Source: Pseudothermotoga sp. (GTDB lineage Bacteria; Thermotogota; Thermotogae; Thermotogales; DSM-5069). From it: DNA of 31,524 bases. Location: the NCBI GenBank assembly GCA_031962025.1, contig JAVRKW010000014.1; one strand, 5' to 3'. Position numbers and translations under genes: made by a program. The notes beneath the pieces were generated by a model, which saw only the letters and a program-made list of their open reading frames with translations, had not been told where the DNA came from and did not search any database. The stretch's first letter is position 1. Each line of letters begins with the position of its first letter. Positions 27,326 to 31,524 of this stretch are shown here, in pieces.

Positions 27326-28054
27326 GTGGAACCAGTTGTTGAAATAAGTAAACTTAACAAGTACTATGGAAAAAACCATGTGCTTAAGGATATAAATTTG
27401 TTTGTTGAAAGAGGGGATGTACTAGTTATCTGTGGTCCAAGCGGTGCCGGGAAGAGTACCTTACTCAGATGTATAAACATGCTTGAACATTTTGAAAGTG
27501 GAACTATAAAGGTTTTGGGAAAAGATGTCAAAATACATTCGAATCTGATGCACATTCGTCGAAAAACTGGCATGGTTTTTCAACACTTCAATCTTTTTCC
27601 CCATTTGACAGTCCTTGATAACTTGATTATTGCACCAGTACATGTTAAAAAGATACCAAAAAAAGAAGCCATCGAAAAAGCTGAAACCCTTCTCAAGAGA
27701 GTAGGATTATTTCACAAGTTAACATCCTATCCAGATCAACTTTCTGGAGGAGAAAAACAGAGAGTGGCTATTGCAAGAGCCCTTGCAATGGATCCGGAAA
27801 TTATGATGTTTGACGAGCCAACATCAGCACTAGATCCAGAAATGATAAAAGAAGTACTAGATGTCATGATAGATCTAGCTGGTGCAGGTATGACCATGAT
27901 AGTAGTTACTCATGAGATGGGTTTTGCAAAGCAGGTAAGCAATAAAATAGCATTCATGGACAAGGGAGAGATTGTTGAATTCACCAGTAAGGAACTATTT
28001 TTTAGAAATCCATCTAGTGAAAGAGCCCGAGAGTTTTTGAGCAAGATACTCTAA
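27326..28054 (+). CDS. Polar amino-acid ABC transporter ATP-binding protein (GlnQ-like)
   Basis: GPSGAGKST, VFQHFNLFPH, LSGGEKQR, DEPTSALDPE and VTHEMGFA. Start set at GTG 27326 after SD GGAGG. Confidence 0.95.
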   Translation: MEPVVEISKLNKYYGKNHVLKDINLFVERGDVLVICGPSGAGKSTLLRCINMLEHFESGTIKVLGKDVKIHSNLMHIRRKTGMVFQHFNLFPHLTVLDNLIIAPVHVKKIPKKEAIEKAETLLKRVGLFHKLTSYPDQLSGGEKQRVAIARALAMDPEIMMFDEPTSALDPEMIKEVLDVMIDLAGAGMTMIVVTHEMGFAKQVSNKIAFMDKGEIVEFTSKELFFRNPSSERAREFLSKIL

Positions 28055-28085
28055 CTTTAATTCTAAAGGAAGGGAAGAAAGAATC

Positions 28086-28754
28086 ATGACATTTAATTTC
28101 AGAATTTTGATTCAGTATTTACCTGATTTCATGGAAGCCCTCCTAGAAACTTTGAAAATAGCAGGTATCAGTTGCTTGCTTGCTTTATTAATAGGCATAG
28201 TGGCCGGTTTCTTGAGTAACATGAGAAACAAGTTTTTTAGAATTTTGCTTGCTTTTTATACAGGATTTATTAGATCAACGCCATTACTTGTACAACTCTA
28301 CTTTGTACACTATGGACTCCCGGTGTTTAATATAATGCCTACGCGTTTTCAAAGTGCTGTTATAACATTTTCTCTCAATACTGGTGCATATATTTCTGAG
28401 ATCATAAGGGGTGGGATACAATCAATAAACATCGGGCAATTCGAAGCTGCTTATTCACTGGGATTTTCTCAGCTTCAAACAATTAGATTGGTAATATTTC
28501 CACAGCTTTTCAAAGTAGTTCTTCCACCTCTAATTAGCCAGTTCTCTTACCTCATAAAGGATACGAGTCTAGCTGCTGTCCTGACTATACCAGAACTCAC
28601 ATATATGGCTAGGAAAGCTGCTGCAACTACTTACAGACCCTTTGAATCCTTTATACCACCGATGCTTATGTATTTTGTAATATACATTGTTCTTAGTTCG
28701 CTATCAAATCTCTTGAGATATCGTTTTCTTGATAAGAAGCGAGTGGAGGAATAG
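28086..28754 (+). CDS. Polar amino-acid ABC transporter permease
   Basis: RSTPLLVQL, AYISEIIRGG, GQFEAA and IKDTSL. Confidence 0.95.
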   Translation: MTFNFRILIQYLPDFMEALLETLKIAGISCLLALLIGIVAGFLSNMRNKFFRILLAFYTGFIRSTPLLVQLYFVHYGLPVFNIMPTRFQSAVITFSLNTGAYISEIIRGGIQSINIGQFEAAYSLGFSQLQTIRLVIFPQLFKVVLPPLISQFSYLIKDTSLAAVLTIPELTYMARKAAATTYRPFESFIPPMLMYFVIYIVLSSLSNLLRYRFLDKKRVEE

Positions 28755-28755
28755 T

Positions 28756-29430
28756 ATGATGCAGGATATATCTTTTATTCAACAAGTACTTCGATTAGGA
28801 AGCGCATTTGTACAAAATCTGGTTCTGATACCTTTTGTTCTTGCAATGGGAATGTTTTTTGGACTTGTAATTGCTCTTGTTAGATACTATAGAATACCAG
28901 TGCTTTCTCAGTTTTCAGTAATCTTAGTGGAAATTGTCAGAGGTTCTCCTTTTCTACTTTTGGTCTATGCTGTTTATTTTGCTTTGCCTTATTTTGGTAT
29001 AGAGCTACGAAGTTTTCAAACGGCAATTTTAGTGCTCACTATAACCAGTACTGTTTACCTATCAGAAGTATTCAGAAGCGGACTTTCAGCAATTGAAAAA
29101 GGACAGTTTGAGGCGGCAGAAGCACTGGGAATGCCATTTTTCACTAAATTCTTTTTGATAATACTCCCCCAGGTTCTGCGAATAACCATGCCATCAATTG
29201 TTGGGCAGGTAGTTTTGACAATAAAAGATACATCCATTGTTTCCTTGATAGGTATGGCCGAGATAGTTAGAACTTCAAGACAAATAATGCAGATAACCCT
29301 CGATCCTTTTACAGCTTTTCTTATTGTTGCTGCATATTTTGCTTCCGTTTGTTACCCATTGATAATTCTTTCAAGAAAATTAGAGCAGAAAATGAGAGGA
29401 GGAAAAAAATATGGATTATCAAATAGGTAG
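28756..29430 (+). CDS. Polar amino-acid ABC transporter permease
   Basis: RGSPFL, YLSEVFRSG, GQFEAAEALG and IKDTSI. Start set at ATG 28756/28759 after SD GGAGG. Confidence 0.95.
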   Translation: MMQDISFIQQVLRLGSAFVQNLVLIPFVLAMGMFFGLVIALVRYYRIPVLSQFSVILVEIVRGSPFLLLVYAVYFALPYFGIELRSFQTAILVLTITSTVYLSEVFRSGLSAIEKGQFEAAEALGMPFFTKFFLIILPQVLRITMPSIVGQVVLTIKDTSIVSLIGMAEIVRTSRQIMQITLDPFTAFLIVAAYFASVCYPLIILSRKLEQKMRGGKKYGLSNR

Positions 29431-30583
29431 TTCAAAACTTGGATATTTCAGACCAGATCCATTTTTATTCATTAGAAATTTGCGAAGGATACCTTCAGGA
29501 CACAAAGTTATTGATCTTTCTATAGGTGCACCCAATCGTCCTACACCTCCTTGGGTTGTGGAAACAATGAAAAACGCATTGTATGAAACCTCATACCATA
29601 CATATCCACCGCAGGATGGATCTATCGAATTAAGAAATGCTATATCCAAGTGGTATAAGAAACGTTTCAACGTTATTCTAGATCCAGAAAAGAACATTTT
29701 AATTACAGTTGGAGTCAAAGAGATAGTATTTAATGCGTTACAGGCTCTTATAAATCAGGGAGATGTTGTTTTAGTACCGGATCCAGGTTACCCGACTTAT
29801 TATGATGCTTCGAATTTCTCTGGAGCAAGAATACTAACTTATGATTCTGCAGGAAACCAGAAAAAAATACTTGAGGAAATTGCACAAAAATTAGAAAAAT
29901 ATAGAATCAAGATAACAATCATTAATTTTCCTTCTAACCCTGTTGGAACAGTAGTTGATATGCAATTTTATAAAGAACTTTCTCTTCTCGCTGAAGACCA
30001 TTCTTGTATCGTAATTAGTGATTTACCATATAGTGAAATAACGTTTGACGATTTTATAGCACCAAGCTATTTACAAGCCAATCCGGGTCTAGCAAAAACT
30101 ATTGAATATTTTTCCTTTTCCAAGACCTACAACATGGCTGGTTGGAGGGTTGGTGCAGTTGTTGGTGATGAAAAAATTATAGATCTACTTAAACTTTATA
30201 AATCAAAAGTTGACTCAAATGTCTTCTATCCTATTCAGTTAGCTGCTGTCTCTGCCCTGGAAGATACACCTCAAGATTACTATGAGAATCTCAAGAAAGA
30301 GTACACACTTAGAAGAGATACAATAGTGGATTTTTTGAGAAAATCTGGAATGGAATTTTGTATGCCTCATGGTGCAATGTACGTTTGGGTACAGATACCA
30401 GAAAGAGAAAATTGCTGGTCTTTCATTGAGAAAATGTATCTGCAAGCAGGTATTTTGGGGGTTCCAGGTATTGCATATGGACCTTCTGGCATAAATCATA
30501 TAAGATTAGGATTAGTCCAAGAGGTTGATGTTTTAAAAGAAGCCGGTGAACGCATTTTGAAATTATCCCAACGTTTATTTTAG
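29411..30583 (+). CDS. PLP-dependent aminotransferase class I/II (LL-DAP/alanine aminotransferase-like)
   Basis: IDLSIGAP, PDPGYPTY, NFPSNP.G, D.PY and SFSKTYNMAGWRVG. Confidence 0.93.
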   Translation: MDYQIGSSKLGYFRPDPFLFIRNLRRIPSGHKVIDLSIGAPNRPTPPWVVETMKNALYETSYHTYPPQDGSIELRNAISKWYKKRFNVILDPEKNILITVGVKEIVFNALQALINQGDVVLVPDPGYPTYYDASNFSGARILTYDSAGNQKKILEEIAQKLEKYRIKITIINFPSNPVGTVVDMQFYKELSLLAEDHSCIVISDLPYSEITFDDFIAPSYLQANPGLAKTIEYFSFSKTYNMAGWRVGAVVGDEKIIDLLKLYKSKVDSNVFYPIQLAAVSALEDTPQDYYENLKKEYTLRRDTIVDFLRKSGMEFCMPHGAMYVWVQIPERENCWSFIEKMYLQAGILGVPGIAYGPSGINHIRLGLVQEVDVLKEAGERILKLSQRLF

Positions 30584-30652
30584 AGTTTCACTGGGTTACT
30601 AATCAAGAGTAGATTTGTGGTAATGATAATTCAGTATGAAGGGAGGTTTACC

Positions 30653-31524
30653 ATGAAAAGGCTCTCTGGTGTGACAGTTGCGGCTTTGACACCTCTTACA
30701 GATGATGGGACACAGGTTGATCACGGTGCGATAAAAGAATACGTTGATTTTCTTGTTGCAAAAGGTGTTCATGGTATCTTTGCCCTTGGTACAACCGGTG
30801 AAGGTTTACTTTTGACAGTGGAAGAAAGAAAAGAGGCACTTGAGAGTTTTGTAAAAGCGGTCGATAAAAGAGTTACACTTGTTGCTCACTGTGGTGCTCT
30901 TAGAATCGAAGAAGTAAAAGAACTGTTGAGTCATGCAAAATCATCTGGTGCAGATGGTGCTGCAATAGTTTCGCCTTTTTATTACAAATACCGTCCGGAT
31001 GAGATTGTGGATTTTTTCCTGAAAGTTACGGAAGATGTCAGGGACTTTCCCATTTACCTTTACAATATCCCAGCTCTGACGGGAAACTGGATAAACTCAA
31101 AGATCGCAAGTCAGATTCATGAAAAAAATCCCGATGTTGTTGGAATCAAAGACAGTAGCGGGGATCTTTTACACGTTCTTTCGCTGATAAACGACACCTC
31201 GGAGGATTTTGATACCGTCGTTGGTTGTGACAGAGCTTTTTTGACTGTGCTTCAAATGGGTGCAAAAGGGTGTGTCTCAGGACCTGCGGCGGTGTTCCCA
31301 GAATTCTTTGTGAAACTGTACGAGCAATTCAAAAAAGCAGATATCCACGGTGCAAGAGAAACCCAGAAAAAACTCACTAAAGTTTCCCTTGCCTTAAAAG
31401 ACGGGGCAAGTATTCCGGTGCTCAAAATGGCTTTGAACTGGCGCGGGTTTAAAATGGGTGGCTGCAGATCACCTTTGCAACTTTTGGATAAATCCGATCA
31501 GGAACAGTTCAAAAACACCCTCAG
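30653..31524 (+). CDS. DapA/NAL-family class I aldolase (partial, runs off the window; absent from the ORF track)
   Basis: Translated by hand: MKRLSGVTVAALTP...GIFALGTTGEG...SPFYY...LYNIP..TG...GIKDSSGD. SD GGGAGG lies upstream. Confidence 0.92.
   Translation, partial: MKRLSGVTVAALTPLTDDGTQVDHGAIKEYVDFLVAKGVHGIFALGTTGEGLLLTVEERKEALESFVKAVDKRVTLVAHCGALRIEEVKELLSHAKSSGADGAAIVSPFYYKYRPDEIVDFFLKVTEDVRDFPIYLYNIPALTGNWINSKIASQIHEKNPDVVGIKDSSGDLLHVLSLINDTSEDFDTVVGCDRAFLTVLQMGAKGCVSGPAAVFPEFFVKLYEQFKKADIHGARETQKKLTKVSLALKDGASIPVLKMALNWRGFKMGGCRSPLQLLDKSDQEQFKNTL

Noticed and set aside
29411..31524. Lysine biosynthesis (dapL plus dapA) interpretation
   Set aside because: Family membership alone is insufficient. 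The importer, LacI and sugar isomerase context points to catabolism, and no other dap genes are in the window.
1..31524. CRISPR array or cas genes
   Set aside because: No regularly spaced direct repeats and no cas-like ORFs were seen.

Overview
This window is bacterial chromosomal DNA that looks like Thermotogales (Pseudothermotoga-like). That assignment is inferred from gene order and protein features: dnaK-hsp20 without dnaJ, RecG with a long N-terminus, and overlapping cysE-cysK. From left to right it holds: (1) an ODP-like di-iron protein with a soluble chemoreceptor; (2) a minus-strand cysE-cysK-isochorismatase-flavoprotein-RlmN-like radical SAM operon; (3) a housekeeping/envelope run (gpsA, trmB, TPR protein, nnr, SLT, pilD, TPR protein, flippase-like protein, GT4); (4) tRNA-Val(CAC), recG, an unannotated 51-aa membrane protein, hpt and an MBL hydrolase; (5) a CIRCE-associated dnaK-hsp20-Clp/Hsp100 operon; and (6) a LacI-controlled catabolic locus (FucI-like isomerase, polar amino-acid ABC transporter, PLP aminotransferase, DapA-like aldolase cut by the window end). 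The most striking unannotated element is a 227-bp non-autonomous IS200/IS605 (IscB-type) insertion at 17471-17697. It has both terminal hairpins, a shrunken omegaRNA/HEARO-like scaffold and an iscB stub. Removing it restores the hpt stop codon and an ATGA overlap with the next gene. Other leads are an RlmN-like enzyme lacking the resolving cysteine inside a cysteine operon, an Hsp100 lacking both the M-domain and the ClpP loop, and a hybrid sugar/amino-acid catabolic pathway. All calls come from reading the sequence by eye; no searches were run.
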